From the NCBI GenBank assembly GCA_964016885.1, contig OZ024746.1:34906001-34970000 (forward strand): DNA of 64,000 nucleotides, in the 5' to 3' direction. This DNA comes from Eledone cirrhosa. Lineage: Eukaryota. A model generated the notes under the pieces. The model was not told the origin of the DNA. It saw nothing but the letters and a program-made list of their open reading frames with translations, and did no database searches. The position numbers and the translations under genes are program-made. Each line of letters opens with the position of its first letter. Position 1 is the stretch's first letter. Below are positions 28,001 to 43,007 of this stretch, piece by piece.

Positions 28001-29174
28001 GTCTAATTTTCGTTTTGGTGGTGTCGTGTTCAGATTAATATATGAAAAATATGCCTCATATTTCCAAATTTTATCTTTCATTGGTTCTGTTTTATATTAC
28101 AGCAGAAGTGAGAGATAGGTGGACTTTTTATAATACACTTCCGAGCTACGTTTCAGTATATAAATTTCATAAATCATGTATTTGGGTTCAAACTGTTACG
28201 AGAGATATACAAAAAAGACAGAAGAAGAATAACTACCTTCCTTTTCTTCATCTCCTCCAGAGATCGAGAAAATAGGGCAAAAGTGAATCGTTGAGGTCGA
28301 TTCATTTCATGATATATCCATTCCTTCCCAAACCACATTTATTGGCCTTGTGTCTATGTCAGATATTACTTTTTATTTGTGTGTGACCTTGTGTTTATGT
28401 TAGAAATCATTCCAGCCGATGCATGGGCATTATTAGATTTGCAGAATCGTTAGAGCGTCAACCAAAATATTCTGCGTTGTTTATCCTCCACCTTAACGTC
28501 CTGAGTTCAAATCTTATGGAGATCAAATTTAGTTTTCACCCTTCCTGTTTTAAAAAATTAAAGTGCTATCAAAGCTCGTGATTCGATTACATCGACTGTT
28601 ATCTATAAATAAACATACTGGTATTGTATATAAGTGAGGAATGTTTATTAAGTAGTGATCTACTTGTAACTGTGTATTATATATAATATGCAAAGATCGG
28701 ACATTGATGGTTTCGTGTGAGTGGTAGTCAAAATAACTGGGGATATCTGTTCAGATCTGGATTGAAAACCCAGCGACGTCGAATTTGATTTTAATCTTTC
28801 AGGGGAGAATAAAATAAAGAACCTGTCAAGTATATATAATCGACTGCTCCTTCCCTTTAAGATAGTTAGCCTTTAGCCTATATGAGAAATTATTTATACA
28901 GTTTGGTGTCTTTTTACATTCTGAATTCACATTTCGACCCATACTTATATTGAAGTCAAATAGATAGACTATAGGTTCAATGTGAATAAATACAACCGTC
29001 AACAAATATATTCCTGCTACTTTTTTTAACACGAGGCCTATCATAATTTATATTTATATTAATACTCATACATTTGTATTATAATGCATATGTAAGTTAG
29101 ATACAGGAACACACCCTCATCGGCACCACCCGCACCTATGTATATACACAAGCAAAAATACACACACACACACA

Positions 29175-29209
<35 letters not shown>

Positions 29210-29235
29210 TCTCTCTCTATCTCTCTCTCTCTTTA

Positions 29236-29269
<34 letters not shown>

Positions 29270-29490
29270 GTATATATGTATTTTAATATATTGTGTCTTT
29301 ATTAGCATTGACTTGAAGATTCACCAATTAAAGTTATTTTTTAAAATATTAGACTCGACACACGAATCAGTTCTTTTGCTGTCAATGTTTTTTGCTATTA
29401 TGAAAATACGAACACATTTTTTCAACTATATATGACAATGTGCATATCTGTGAATATGTGTAAAATATATAAATATATATTATATTTATT

Positions 29491-29588
29491 CGGGGTGTAC
29501 CCCAAAAAATGTATACACACTTTAATTAATTGCACAGGTAATATTTATTAGAATGCTGAAGTGTGTATACATTTTTGGAGACACCCTA
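29491..29588. mobile_element. Tc1/mariner-type MITE (about 98 bp)
   Basis: Imperfect TIRs of about 30 bp (gggtgt.cccaaaaaatgtatacacactt / aagtgtgtatacatttttggagacaccct) in a TA-rich context. Confidence 0.65.
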
Positions 29589-31256
29589 TATATGTGTGTG
29601 TGAGTGACAGAGAGAGAGAGAGTATGGGTGTATGTATGTAAGTATATATATATATGTGTGTTTGTGCACGTGTGTGTATGTGTGTGTGTGGGGGGGGGGT
29701 AGTTCAATGCATGTAGTATTTATAGCATGCGCCTTACGTAATATATTACTTAAGGTTAACCGAAATTATGAAAAAACAAGATTTGGATTTGTTTTTTTTT
29801 TTGTTTTATTTTTCTTTCAAAATCTTACTTTATTTAACTTTTGCGGAGCGCATGCATTTTCCTTCATCACGCAATTACTAGTACTAGCCAGCAGAGGAAT
29901 AAAGTTTTACATTGCTTGAAATAACAGCTAGATCTCCCCCAGAATGAATAGGTCAAATTAAATTGTGTCGTACTAGGTATATTTTATATGAATAAGAATT
30001 TGAATCGTCAAAGCAGGAATGCAATAGTGATAGCATTACCCTATCAGGCGTAACCTAGAGTTAAATATCGACAAAACTAACCGCAACCGGAATTTAAAAA
30101 ATCAAGATGGCCGTGGCTTCAACACCTTATAGCTCTGATGGAATTAAACAATATCATTAATGAGAATAACAGCAACAACAAATATGCAAATGCAGTCGCA
30201 CACTCAAACTGAGTTGACAAAAACCCAGTACTGATATTGATGATTCTGTTGTTTCTTTAATTGTCGCTTTCTCCCTAGAGTTTGTGATAGAAATAGGCTC
30301 AAGTCTATACAAACACTGCGGGGAAGGCATCAACACCATATGATAGCTGATCTCACACTTTAGCCTATTCTTATAGAGTTATTGCCAAATGTTTTAAACC
30401 ATACACACACAGATAGAAGCACGACCATGTATAGTCATACACACATATACGAATCAATATGTTATGTACTTCGGTAACTATAGTGACATTGGTATAGTAA
30501 GCGGAAAATTTAGGCTATCCATGATTATAATACTGGAGTTACGGTTTCAAATCGTTTATTAAACTTCCATTTTTTTTTTTTTGTTAATTTTTTATTCTTC
30601 GATGGGGAATAAAATAACACCAGGTCCTCTTATTTCTGTCTATCGAAGTGATATATTACGAGAGGTAATATTATTAAAAATAATATAATGATTTGAAAAG
30701 TATGGCACGGTATTTTGTGAGTGTAAATATAAGTGTGAATTTTAGCATGTTATTATGTATGTGGCAAATTGGTAGAGTCGTAAGAACATTTGATAGAATT
30801 TGTTGCGGCATTCGTTCAGGCTTTCTACTCTCTAAGTTCAAATTCCACAATGTATCATTTTTTTTCTTCTGTATTATCTCTTTGCGAAGGTTTCATGTCG
30901 TAGAACTGAAGTTTTGCGATAACTAATAAGTATTAGTTGAAGCATTTCAGTAAGTTATATTATAAGATGGGTTAAGATGCATTATATAGTGTTGTTGTAT
31001 TATTTATGTGTATATTAATCAAAATAATTTGTTTTGTTTATCTCTTTCTGCATGGAATGGGCGTATAAGCACACACACACATACACATACGCACAGATAC
31101 GTACGTACACACACTCACATACACACTCGCCCACACATACACGCACACACACACACACGATTTCCGGCGAATGAAACAGTACTAGTCCTAAATTTATACT
31201 CAGCTATGTATTGAGTACTTTACTTACTTTGGTTAGCCCCGATTGAATATCGGGCT

Positions 31257-31332
<76 letters not shown>

Positions 31333-31412
31333 CTTTGATTTTGCGTTTCGTTTCGGTTTTTCTATCCGCCGAAATGCGATTCTCCCTGAATTTATATATA
31401 TATATTTTATAT

Positions 31413-31444
<32 letters not shown>

Positions 31445-31724
31445 CGGATATATATGTACATATTATATATATATAGTTAAGAAGATGCCAACGGCTGCTG
31501 TTAACTTCTTTTTCCGACTCTAAGGCTCTTTATTCTGTATTGTAAGCTGTTTTACATCAGCTGACAGTAATTACAGTTATTTTTTGTCCCTGCACATATT
31601 ACATTATCTTTAAACTTTATTCTCGTACCACTTCGATAGTTTGAACGATCGAGTATCGCATACCATCTGGGTTGACACACACACACACACACGCGCACAC
31701 ACACACACACATATATATATATAT

Positions 31725-32352
31725 CATCATCATCATCATCATCATCATCAGGTTTAGCGTCCGTGTTCCACGCTTGCATGGGTTTGGACGGGGGTTTTCC
31801 CACTTGAGGCAAGAGTGGTTATCTTGCTCGCATAGGACTGTCTGGCGGGTTTTCTACAGTTGGATGCCCTTCCTAACACCAACCACATTTACAGTGTTGG
31901 GCTGGGAGGTTTTTACCGTTTTGCCTACACGGCCACATTACAGCGTGGACTGTCTGGCGGGTTTTCTACAGCTGGATGCCCTTCCTAACACCAACCACAT
32001 TTACAGTGTGGGGCTAGGAGGTTTTTACCGTGTTGCCTACACGGCTACATTTACAGCGTGGACTGTGTGTTTTTTTGTCGTGACACCTACACGATCTCAT
32101 TTGTTTCGGCCTGGATGTTGTGGGACCAACATAACTTTACATTGAAAGGGGCGGTGTGGATGGGGTGGAGGTGGTGGGACGGGGGGTGTTTTGATAGAGA
32201 TGCCTACTGACTGTAGTAGGTTTTTACTTTGTATTTAGGTAAGGCGGGTCTTCTCTATTACTGAGTACCGCCAAAGGTCTCGGTCCAGTGACATTGTCTT
32301 GGAGAGGCGTAAGCGTGTGAGGTCGGAATTTATCAGCTCGTCCCATGTTTTT
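31725..32352 (-). mobile_element. RTE LINE 3' end with (TGA)n tail and an internal duplication of about 113 bp
   Basis: KTWDELINSDL..DRDLWRYSV..stop. The aggaagggcatcca motif occurs twice (about 31835-31947 and 31948-32063). Confidence 0.75.
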
Positions 32353-33249
32353 ATATATATATTCATTTATCAAGGCTAAACAGTGAGTCTTGCTGTTTGG
32401 AGTTACATCTGTCCCTCACAGGATCATCCCACACACATATACTCACCCCACACTCATCAACACCCCCAAATATATACATTATAAATACATATATATACAC
32501 ATATATGTGTGCGTGTGTACGCTTTTTGCACGCTGCTCGAGGAGAATGTATGTATGTTTGTGCGTAGAACTGTGTATTTCTCAGTCTTTTTCTAGGCGTC
32601 TGTGTGCTTCTGTCTGTATGGAAGTGATGTATGCAGACACTGATTTGGTAGAACATTCATGAAATTACACAATCCCCTCATTTTCATCCCTAGCTGAGAC
32701 CGACCATTTTATTCAGTCTTACGATTATGAAGAAATACGAAATACAAATATTCACCAGCTATATATTAGATTATCACTTTTCCCAATCTATATTTTTTCA
32801 ACATTTACCGATTTAACCTTTAGCAGTAACACACTCAGAAACACACTTTCATCTGTAACACACTCAACAATCTACACAAGATCATAAATCTGTTGAGAGG
32901 TGTAGTTATTTGAAACCACATGGTATTGTATTTTACGGATCTTGTATGACAAACAATTTTAATCTTAGTAGGATTCAAAATCAGGGCCGAAAGTGAAAGG
33001 AAAGTTTGTTCGATGCTCTACAGATTCCGCCCCTCCATCACCTACAAGAACACTAAAGCAAAACGTTTAAATGAAGCAGAGGGCACATTACTACGACAGA
33101 CACGATAGTACTAAGATGCTAATTGATTTAATCAGAACTTGAATGATCACATGCACAAAACTAAATTTAAATACAGATCGACAATAGATATATATTAATA
33201 TTGTAAGAATAATGCTCCGTCTTTTCACCATTTCTCTTCGTAATATAGC

Positions 33250-33458
33250 GCGATGGGTTGGCAGTATTGGTAGAGGGTCGGACGCCATGCATAGAGTTAC
33301 GGCCCTTTATGATATGAATGTAAATCCCACCGAGATTAACTTTGCCTTTCATCCTTGCGGGGTCGATAACATAAAGTACCAGACACGCACTGGGGTCGAT
33401 TTAATCGACTTTCTCTTCACCCCAAATTCCTGGCATTGTGCCTATATAAGAAACCATT
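33250..33458 (+). mobile_element. SINE family 1, near full length
   Basis: tggcagtattggtagagggtcgg head and the conserved core. Confidence 0.8.
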
Positions 33459-35027
33459 TCTCTTCGTCACATATAACAATGATACGGTGAATTCTCACAG
33501 GGATACTCAGCCACAAATATTTTGTGCGAAGAGGAAGAAAAATATATAATTACACCCTTCTTAATACATAACTGACATTTGTTTTACCCACAATGGAATG
33601 ATGCGAGGCAAATTAATGTTTTGTTGTATTTGTTGTGCGTTTTTTTTTATATGTGCGTTTGTTATTTTTTATTTATTCTTTTTCTTCGACTTTCGAGGAA
33701 GAGTGTGCACCAGCAGATATTGTAAGCTGAATCGTATACGCTGAATATAAAGCGAAATAGCTAATCACAGATTACTCCTATATTTGGTGCTATAACGAGT
33801 CTTCTATCGAGAGCTTTTAGCAATAACTAAAATATTAATAACAAAATTAATAATGATTATTTTAAATCTAGGCGCAAGGTCGCTAATTTCTAGGGAGGAT
33901 TAATATCGAACTAGGATTTGACTGGCACTTCTTTTGTTAACTCTCCCGGAAGGATGAACAACAACATTAATTTCGTTGCAATTTAAATATACAAGGATAC
34001 AACTAAAAACTGTAAGACGTGTGTCCGTTACTTTACGTATTCTCAAAAGTAATGGAAGCACAAGGGCAACAATTTTGGAGGAGAGGAAAGTCGATTAATA
34101 CGGCCCCAATGCGTTAGTGGTACTTTATTTTAAGCTTGGCGGGATTGAAATCAGAACGTAAAGGGACGTAACCATATTCCACGAAACATGTTGTCTGGTT
34201 ATCCACCAATACTGCCAATCCAGCACACTTATTCTGATAAATAATGATTAGGTCGTGAGGTATAATTCATTGGGTACACATATTGAGGCAGTCTAACATT
34301 ACATAAAACGATGCTCAGACAAACCTTGTATCTACCTGAGTCGTATATACATGAGTTGTGTATACCTGAGTTGTATAGCATAGCTCAATTGAGTTAAGCT
34401 AAGAACTGAAAAGAATACAGGGGAACTGCGAAAGCCCTCCACCCCTACCCAGAAGGAAATACGTGTAAAACAAAAGTCTAGATTTGCCAATTAATGGTCA
34501 GGTTGATTTTGTCTGAAAAGTATGTAAGGACTACATTTGCCTGTGCAAGATTTAATCAATTTCATGATAATTTTATAAGTAGGTTGTTCAATTGAGCGAG
34601 CGACTGAATGTTCATGTTTTAAACTAATTGCTCTTCTCGCATCTGTCATCTTTAGAATCATTTATATTTATGTAGTTTAACTCAATGTAAATCAACAGCG
34701 AAATATATCCTGTTCTCCTATTCTTCTAAGAATCCTAATCGTCGAGTACAATCTATCAAGCTAATGAAAGAAACTGGCCAATCGTACAATACAACTGCAT
34801 CTATAGATACTTTTACTCATCTCCCAAACTAATATAAAATAACTGCAACATTCTACAATGGCAGTGAATACAATTTACTATATTTATTATCCATGCAGTA
34901 AAATATAGTATATAAAATTGTATTCAGTGCCACAAACCATCAAATCTTGTTAGTTATAGAATACTGGCGAAAGGCTCTATATTTTTGCTTAACGATCAAT
35001 ATGGTCGTATAATTATGGTTTGATAAT

Positions 35028-35214
35028 AATTGTTTCTACTTTTGGCACAAGGCCAGCAATTACCCAGTACAATACTGGTACTTTATTTTGTCGACCCAGT
35101 AAGGATGAAAGGCAAAGTTAACCTCAGCGGGATTTGAACTCAGAATGGAAAGGGCCGTAACTTATTGCGTCAAAGCATGACGTCCGACCCTCTACCGATA
35201 CTGCTAATCCACCT
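35028..35214 (-). mobile_element. SINE family 1, near full length
   Basis: Reverse complement of the copy at 63843-64000. Confidence 0.85.
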
Positions 35215-36390
35215 TTGATAATAATGACCGGCTCTTTTGACGTCTGCTGCCTGAATCTCATGGTGATCAAAGCATTTTGAATGTAATTCTTTAACGAATA
35301 TTGTGTGGAGGCCATACAAAACTTTTATGCGCAAAGATGTTCTTCCAAGTCATGAATATTTAGATCGACGAAGCTACCTAGCAAAATATATAATTATACA
35401 CAGTTAGACTTGAAATTACTATAACCTGTAAACGGAAAAGACAATGAACCGGTCCTTTGTTACAGTATTAGCCAAAATTAATCCATTAGTACATGAGATG
35501 TATGGTTATACATAAAAACAAAGGGAACATTAAATGCAATCTGGAAGATAATTACTAGAAACAGCATGCTAAAGAACCAGCTAATTGGTCTCTTATTCAG
35601 CTCATGACAATAGTAGTTATCTGCAGCTACACTGGATAAGGTCCCGTGAGATATGTGCGTTTATTATCTTATGTTGCATCATAAATCAACTATGAAGGAT
35701 TTCAAACCATCTTTTTATTTGTAAATGTTTTGATTTTTCCATCTCGATTACTTACACTCAAAAGTCACCTTTATAGCAAATATTATTTTTCATGATTTAT
35801 TGTTTTAGTGCATGTTATATACAAAGGTTGTTTAGAGGCAGACTCCGTAGACTGTTCTGAAATTATATTGATTCTTTAGATACTTACTTTGAATTCTATT
35901 CAGCTCTGACTTTGAATTTCGTCTTTCTGAGGTCAATACTATGTGTATCAATGCCAGTTAAGAATTTACTTTAAGGTAGCAACGGACAATTAACTCGATT
36001 GCATCTTTTTCTTATAACTGCTGTTGTTAGAATTTCCTCTTGTTTGTCTATATAACATGCGGAGATACAAATCTGATCCAAAGTAATTAACCACTTACTT
36101 CATTATTGCATTATGCGTTCAAAAACCCAGCCGAAGTCTCTTTAGCATTCTACTAGTCCGACACGGTTAGATTGATAAAATAATCAAAATACCAATAACA
36201 CTGTAATGCTCATCTACGACATATCATATATATATATATATATATATATATAAGCGTCCAGGTTTGGAAACGAAGATGAAGTATCCAATATGTATAGTGA
36301 AGTTCATTATCTGTATACCCCCACATTCACCTAGACACTCAGTCATACATGTATGTATGATGTATGTATGTATGCATGCATGTATGTATG

Positions 36391-39300
36391 TTCTTCTGGT
36401 TTTATAATTTCACAAATTTTTTCCCTATAGGGAGAAAGTCGGTTTCTAATATAGACACAATATTCTCTCATTGGAATTTACACACAACTAGGTAGATTAT
36501 GTATGCATGCATGTGTAGATATGGATGTTATTGTATGTGTGGATGTGGATGTTTTGAGTTGTATGTGTGCATGTGTATATGCTTTGTCCCAATAATCACA
36601 GGCATAAATCTGAAGGTGTAATCAGGGTGGAGTATCTGCAGATTTCTCATCATTTCTGCATAAATATTCTCCTTTTCACTAATCTTTGATATTATATTGG
36701 CATCTGCTGGGCAGCTAATTTCCACTACTGTGCATGCTTTATTCTCCCTGTCCCATATCATAATATCTGGTCTGTTATGCCTGTATGCTATTGGAGTTTT
36801 TACTGGAACATTCCACCAGTACTCTTTCATATTATGTACATGGATGTATTCCACATTGCTGTAGCTTTTAATGTGTTTATTATCGGGGCTATCCTTTTTA
36901 CGAACTGCATTGTACAGTGTGTTGGCCACTACATCATGCCTCATAGGTAGATAGTACCGCAATGACATCTTTGGACAGCTGCTGATGACATGGATGATAT
37001 CCTCGATGTTAGTTCTGCAGAGTCTGCACATGTTATCACATCTAGGTGTTTTGCCTGCATCCCTATCTCTTTTGTGAATCAGGTATTTCGTGTTAATCTC
37101 CTGTTCTTGGATTGCAAAAGCGTATCCTTCAAAGGGGGAGCCAATATAGCGGTTGTTGGTCCAAGATAGACTACTTTCGTTATCTATATTACTCTCACTC
37201 TGGAGCTTCCTGGCAACATATCCATGCATGATTTTTTGGTGATAAGCATGCACTTTTTCATCCCTGGATTCACTGCGATACTGCTGAGCGACATCCCTGT
37301 GTGTGAGAGTGTGATTATCACAGAAGGAATATCTCTCGAGGAGTTCCTTCCCAACTCTCATGATCTTATATGTTTCATGCAGATAGACTTGCTCGAGAAA
37401 CGGGCTCCTACGCTTCGAGGTTCGTAGATGTTGTCGGAGAAATATGATGCGACATTCAAATGTTGTCTGGACTGATGTTTGGCCTCTGCCTCGCTGCTTA
37501 CGTTTCAAGTAAAGGCGGTCTATGTCAATGTTGATGCGGAAGTTTCCGGTGTTGTTTAGTATTTTTCGAGTTCCAGCATCAACTGCTCGGATTTCGCCTA
37601 TCGTCCAATTGAGTATTCCAAACGTTGGTGTTAGCACAAGCACAGCAAACACATTGTGAGCCACTGTTTTGTTTTGCGCAGAGAGTTCCGATGACCAGAT
37701 CTTTCTTAATCGGGTGTAGTATGCCTTGGTTACGCGTTCTTTATTACAGATACCCTTATAGGATATGTTCTCATCTATCCCCAGGTATCTGTAGCAGTCC
37801 TCATCAGATATCGATGAAACAGTTAGGCCATTGTTGACAACGTTGCTAGATTGGATTGTTGTTTTTCGCAACTTTACAGTCATGTATGAGCATTTATCTT
37901 GGCCAAATTCCATTCTTATATCGTTTGAGAACGTTGTAACCAGGTCAAGATTTTTCTTCATCCTATCCATGTTCTTGGCATAGCTTTTCAGATCGTCCAC
38001 AAAGAAGTTATGGGTTAGGTTCGTATTTCTGTCCTGCTGTGAGCCGATGATGTATCCCTCACATTTCTTGAGCAGAAAGGACAAAGGGTTTAATGACAAT
38101 ATGTATAATATCAGAGAGAGACTGTCCCCCTGAAATATACCTCTGCAATATTTTATTTTATCAGTGAAAATAGAGTCCTCCCCCTCTGTCTTTAATCTTA
38201 GGATAGTAGCCCAAGAAGAAGACAGCCTCTCTATGGCTCTGACAATAATGTCTGGGACTTTAACAAGTTGGAGGGCCTCTATCATCCAAGAGTGGGGAAC
38301 ATAATCAAAAGCTTTCCTGTAGTCCAGCCAGACTGTAGCTATATTCCTCCTAAGTTGTCGCACCTCCGACATCGCAGTTTTGTTGTTTAGGAGTTGTTCA
38401 GCACATCCCCAAACCCCTTTCTTTCCAGCTGCTTGTTCATCTGTGATGATGTTATTATTTTCACAGTGATCTTGGAGGAATAGGTTCAGGCAAGTTATAC
38501 ATCTTATACATCAGATTCTAGCATGCAATGGGTCGGTAGTTTTTTGCCAAGTGGGTGTCTTTGTTCTTGGGGATCAGTAATGTTTGTGCTAATGTCAACC
38601 ATTCTGGTATAAGTGTATCTCCCTTAAGAACTTGTTGGTGGAGGTCAGTAAGATACCTCCGATAGAATATCAGTTTTTTGTACCAGTAGCCGACAATCAT
38701 CTCTCCTCCTGGTATTTTCTTATCTTAGAGTTTTCCTATAACAGTCTCAAGGGTACCCTCACTTATTTTGTAAGTTTTTGTTGTAGTGTAGGAGCAATAG
38801 TTCTTTCGGATTTCTCTTAGCCACACTGCATGTTGGTTGAAATTCTTCTTTTCATCACATATTTTGCTCCAAAAAGAATCTATGTCTTTCTGGAATGGGG
38901 CCTCAGTGACACTTATTATTTTTCCCTTCATAGACTGATGTTTGGTTTCGTCTGAATCTTTTATTAAGCACTTTTCTCTCATCTACCTTCTTCAGGTATC
39001 GGCGTTTTTCGCTAACAGCTCTCAATTCTTGTTTGAGGGTGATCAGCTGATATTGGAGAGTTCTTGTTCTACTGTTACCAAACATCGTCTCTATTTTATT
39101 TTTCACTCTTTGTTGGTGAGGACTGAGGTTTGTTTGTGTTTGTTTGCATGTAAGGAGCATTATCACATATCCTAATTTTTTTCGTAGGTCAGCAATCTTT
39201 TTTTTTCTATTTTAGTTATCTATGATGGTATTTTTGGTGGTGTTCTGTTCTTGTTAATATCTCTGCTATCACCAAGATAATGCTTCACTGTCGTTGCTAA

Positions 39301-40306
39301 GTCATATAAACAGGCGTTGATTTGCCAAAATGTTGAGGTTTTTATCCGTCGTAAATATTCATCCCCTATTTCGTCAATAACACGTAATATTTCATTATTT
39401 GTTTTTTTTTATTAAAAAATTGTCGTTTTAATACGTTCAGCAAGAGAGATATTTATACATGAATTAATTTCTCTCTGGAAGATTTCGTTGAGGGATAATT
39501 TCAATTGTTTATACTTTTGATTATTATCATTATCGATAGTATTTTCCACAACAGTCGAGGTTGACTCGGATGTTACACGTGGTGTCAAATTTCTCCGATT
39601 ATTATTATTATCGATAGTGTTTTCCCCGGCATTCGAGGTAGACTTAGATGGTACAGGTGGTGTCACGTTTCTTACAGGCATAGTTGTTTCAAGGCGCTGT
39701 CCGACCTGGCTGCTAGGAAGTCTAGTAGCATGGCGACCTGTAGCACGTGTTGTTGATAACATGTTTGTTGGGGGGACTTACAATTAATAATATTTATCTT
39801 ATTTTTACGTTCAACAAACGTCGCTTATTGGCGTAATTGTTTCGCTGTGAAATAATTTAGCTCTGGGTGCATTTCGTCCCAGTGTATCTTCATTCTGTTC
39901 ATATAGCCAATGGGGGGGGGGGGTTACCATTTTATAACAATTAAATAAATCGTTATTAAGTTCGCAACTCCAAGAGAAATGCGATTCATAATTTCGGTTT
40001 CTTCTGTAGCTTCAACAGAATAAAGTTTGTTTACCTTCCTTGTTATTTGTCTTCGCTACTTACTTAATTTTGTTGTTGATGTTGTGTTCAGCCATGCTGT
40101 TTGTAGCAAATCCTTGTAAAATGAATTATGCATTTAGTCGGATATCTCTACGAATTTGAATAAAAGTTGTCTTCAGAAGATATAGTTTGAAGAATAACCA
40201 GTTATTCAACATGGCTGTAGTTGTGGCATTACTGTCGGAGATAGTATTCATCTTAAATTTAATAAATAGTCTCCCACGCCAAAATATGCGACTGATCGCG
40301 TTGACT
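36391..40306 (-). mobile_element. R4/Dong-clade non-LTR retrotransposon (RT + CCHC + restriction-like endonuclease), decayed
   Basis: Collinear ORF fragments from about 39760 to 36585. (TATG)n flanks both ends. The boundaries are approximate. Confidence 0.85.
36528..38700 (-). pseudogene. R4/Dong RT-RLE ORF remnant (614-aa segment open)
   Basis: NYRPIAC, WLDYRKAFD, GIFQGDSLS, FVDD, YRYLG, CRLC..H..C, RHDVVA, RPDIMIWD..VVEIS. The C-terminus is lost after PVIIG. Confidence 0.9.
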
Positions 40307-40369
40307 GTATGTTTGTATGTATGCATGTATGTATGTATGTATGTATGTATGATGTATGTGTGTGTGTGA

Positions 40370-40607
40370 CAGCTCACATCTATGCAGGTTTAGCTGGCCT
40401 CCTCCAAGGTTTATCTCGTTGGATGTGTCTTTGGTGATTTAATGATAGGGACCTCAGTCCTATCATCTTATTTCTACAGCTGAGTAAACTGGAGCAACGC
40501 GAAATAAAGTGTCTTGCTCAAGGAAACAACACATCACCCGGTCCGAGAATTGAACTCACAACCTTTCGATTGCAAGCCCAATGTTCTAACCACTAAGCCA
40601 TGTGCCT
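40370..40607 (-). mobile_element. tRNA-derived SINE family 2 (CORE/V-like body)
   Basis: A box tggcttagtgg, B box gagttcaattc, then ccttgagcaagacacttt. Confidence 0.8.
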
Positions 40608-41570
40608 GTATGTATGTATGTATCTATGTATGCATGTATGTATGTACGTCCGTACATATGTATGTATTTATCTATGTGTATATGTGAGTGTGACTATACA
40701 TGAATGTGTACGGTCATAATTAGTTTACTATCTTACTGATGGGTAATATAAAGTAAACAGAAACCTTACTGATATTAAACCTTATTCCAACAGTAATTAC
40801 TTAGGCAATTCATGTTTATTTAGTTATATTTAATTTTCGACATGCTGCCCATTTGCAAATACGCCATTATTTTGCTTTTGTGTAATGAGTAAGCTGATTA
40901 TGGCCCATCCAGTATACACGCACATACACTCGTGTCTTCCTGGATATATATTTTTATTGTGGCGGGGGAAAAAGGTAATTTTTCAATGTTCGTTTTTACT
41001 AAAAATAAACTGTTATTATTCATTCGTTTACTTATTTGTTTTTCATCTATTAAACTTGTACTGCATATTAGCACAGTAATGCATGATTGCATCTACATCA
41101 TTTCACATATCTACATACAATGATCAAATAGAGACTGCCATTTCCTCCCCACAGACTCAAATACACCCACTATCTCTACCGCCGGATGACATTTTTCCCT
41201 TTATCTCGTGTTTCTTTATTTATTTTACTTTAATACTTTGTTTGAAGAGGTGGGGTAACCAGATGTGTAATACGTTGGGATTTGTAATCATATATATTAT
41301 GTATGCGTATAAGATAGTGTGTGTTTTTGTAATTATAAAAGGAGCGTGCAGTGAGAGAAGAAAGGACGTGTAAAAGCTCAAGCCTTGAGTCTTGTGTGTA
41401 TATTTGTGATAGAGAGAAATTAGTGTGGAGAGAGAAAGGGACCAAATAGAAAGTGTTTGAATCTGGTATTAGGTTTCAGAGAGAAAGGCAAGCAGTAAGA
41501 GATAGGGTAGACGAAAGACCAGCAAATATAGATATTACGCTTTTGTGAGGAAAAAAGAGGTTGTCTGTGT

Positions 41571-41634
<64 letters not shown>

Positions 41635-42616
41635 TGCAATAGTCCACTATGTGTATGTGTCTTAATGCTTAAGAATTGTAAGATATTCATCAGTCATAAG
41701 TGGTGCACGTGAGATTAAAAGAGGGATAGATAATTTGATACTTCGGTTGATACAGTAACAGATAATGGAAGTGATAGAGAAAGTTACTGGATATAGATTA
41801 GATACAGAATTGTTATTTACCCATTGCTCAACCTTGATCGAGAAGTATTTTGTATGATATTCCAATTGCGATTAACCCCTTTACTTTTATATCTAGAAAT
41901 ATATTTTTCGTAGTATTCTTACTTTTTAAGACGATAAATTTCTTTTTTTTCGGGGAATAATATAGTGTGAGTGAGACAGAATGTGATAGTAAATGGCAGG
42001 AGTGAAATGCGAGTATAATGTAGAGGGTGAATACTGAACAATGTGCGGCATTGTTTGAAAATAATTTACAGATTCACATGGACATGTTGTGGTATCACCA
42101 TGAATACAGCGTGGCATGGGCATTTTCAACCTCATGCACCTCATCTACCTCCCACTCAAATCACAGTCAATATATTCCACAGAGAGCGAAGGTCCATTTC
42201 AGTCCTGGATGGAATTTTCTTTAGCGACATGGAAAGTATGAAAGGGAAAATGACTTTGGCGTGATTTGAGGTTAGATCACAGTGAACCGAAATAAAAACG
42301 ACGGAATTTTAATTCGATTCCCTAAAGTTTCTACGAATTCACCGCGTTGATTCGAAGTGGATTACACACACACACACACACCCACAAACACACATACATA
42401 CGGACACACCCACGCACGCACACGAACACAAAAAGAATGTTACAGAGACAAAACAGAAAGAATTAAGCAACAGAGGTAATGAAAATGGGAGAGATGTAAC
42501 AAGCTGTGTGACTGAGTTAAAGAGAAGAAGATGAGGAGGAGAACAAGATAAAACAATATACACAGAAAGAGCGATTCGAACTCGGCATTTTATTGTTTGA
42601 AAACTATTATTATAGA

Positions 42617-42715
42617 GGTTAACTTTACCTTTCATCCTTACGGGTTCGATACAATAAAGTACCAGTAATGTGCTGGTATAATTGCTGGCCTTGTGCCAAA
42701 AGTAGAAACAATTAT
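42617..42715 (+). mobile_element. SINE family 1, 3' half
   Basis: Conserved core and the ggccttgtgccaaaagtagaaacaatt tail. Confidence 0.8.
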
Positions 42716-42934
42716 TATAAACACATCATTATAAACACATTTATTATAAACACAATTATTATAAACACATCATTAACCCTAACAATTTTCCGTCATTACA
42801 AACACTAGCAGATTCTCTCTCTTTCTCTCTCTCTCACACTCTCACTCTCTCTCTTTCTCTTTCTCTTTCTCTCTGTCTCGCTGTCTCACTCTCTCTCTTT
42901 CTCTCTCTCTCTCAATCTATTTCTCTATTTCCCC

Positions 42935-43007
<73 letters not shown>

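Noticed and set aside
40200-40306. HDV-like ribozyme at the 5' end of the R4/Dong element
   Set aside because: Only a simple hairpin is visible; I could not build the nested double pseudoknot.
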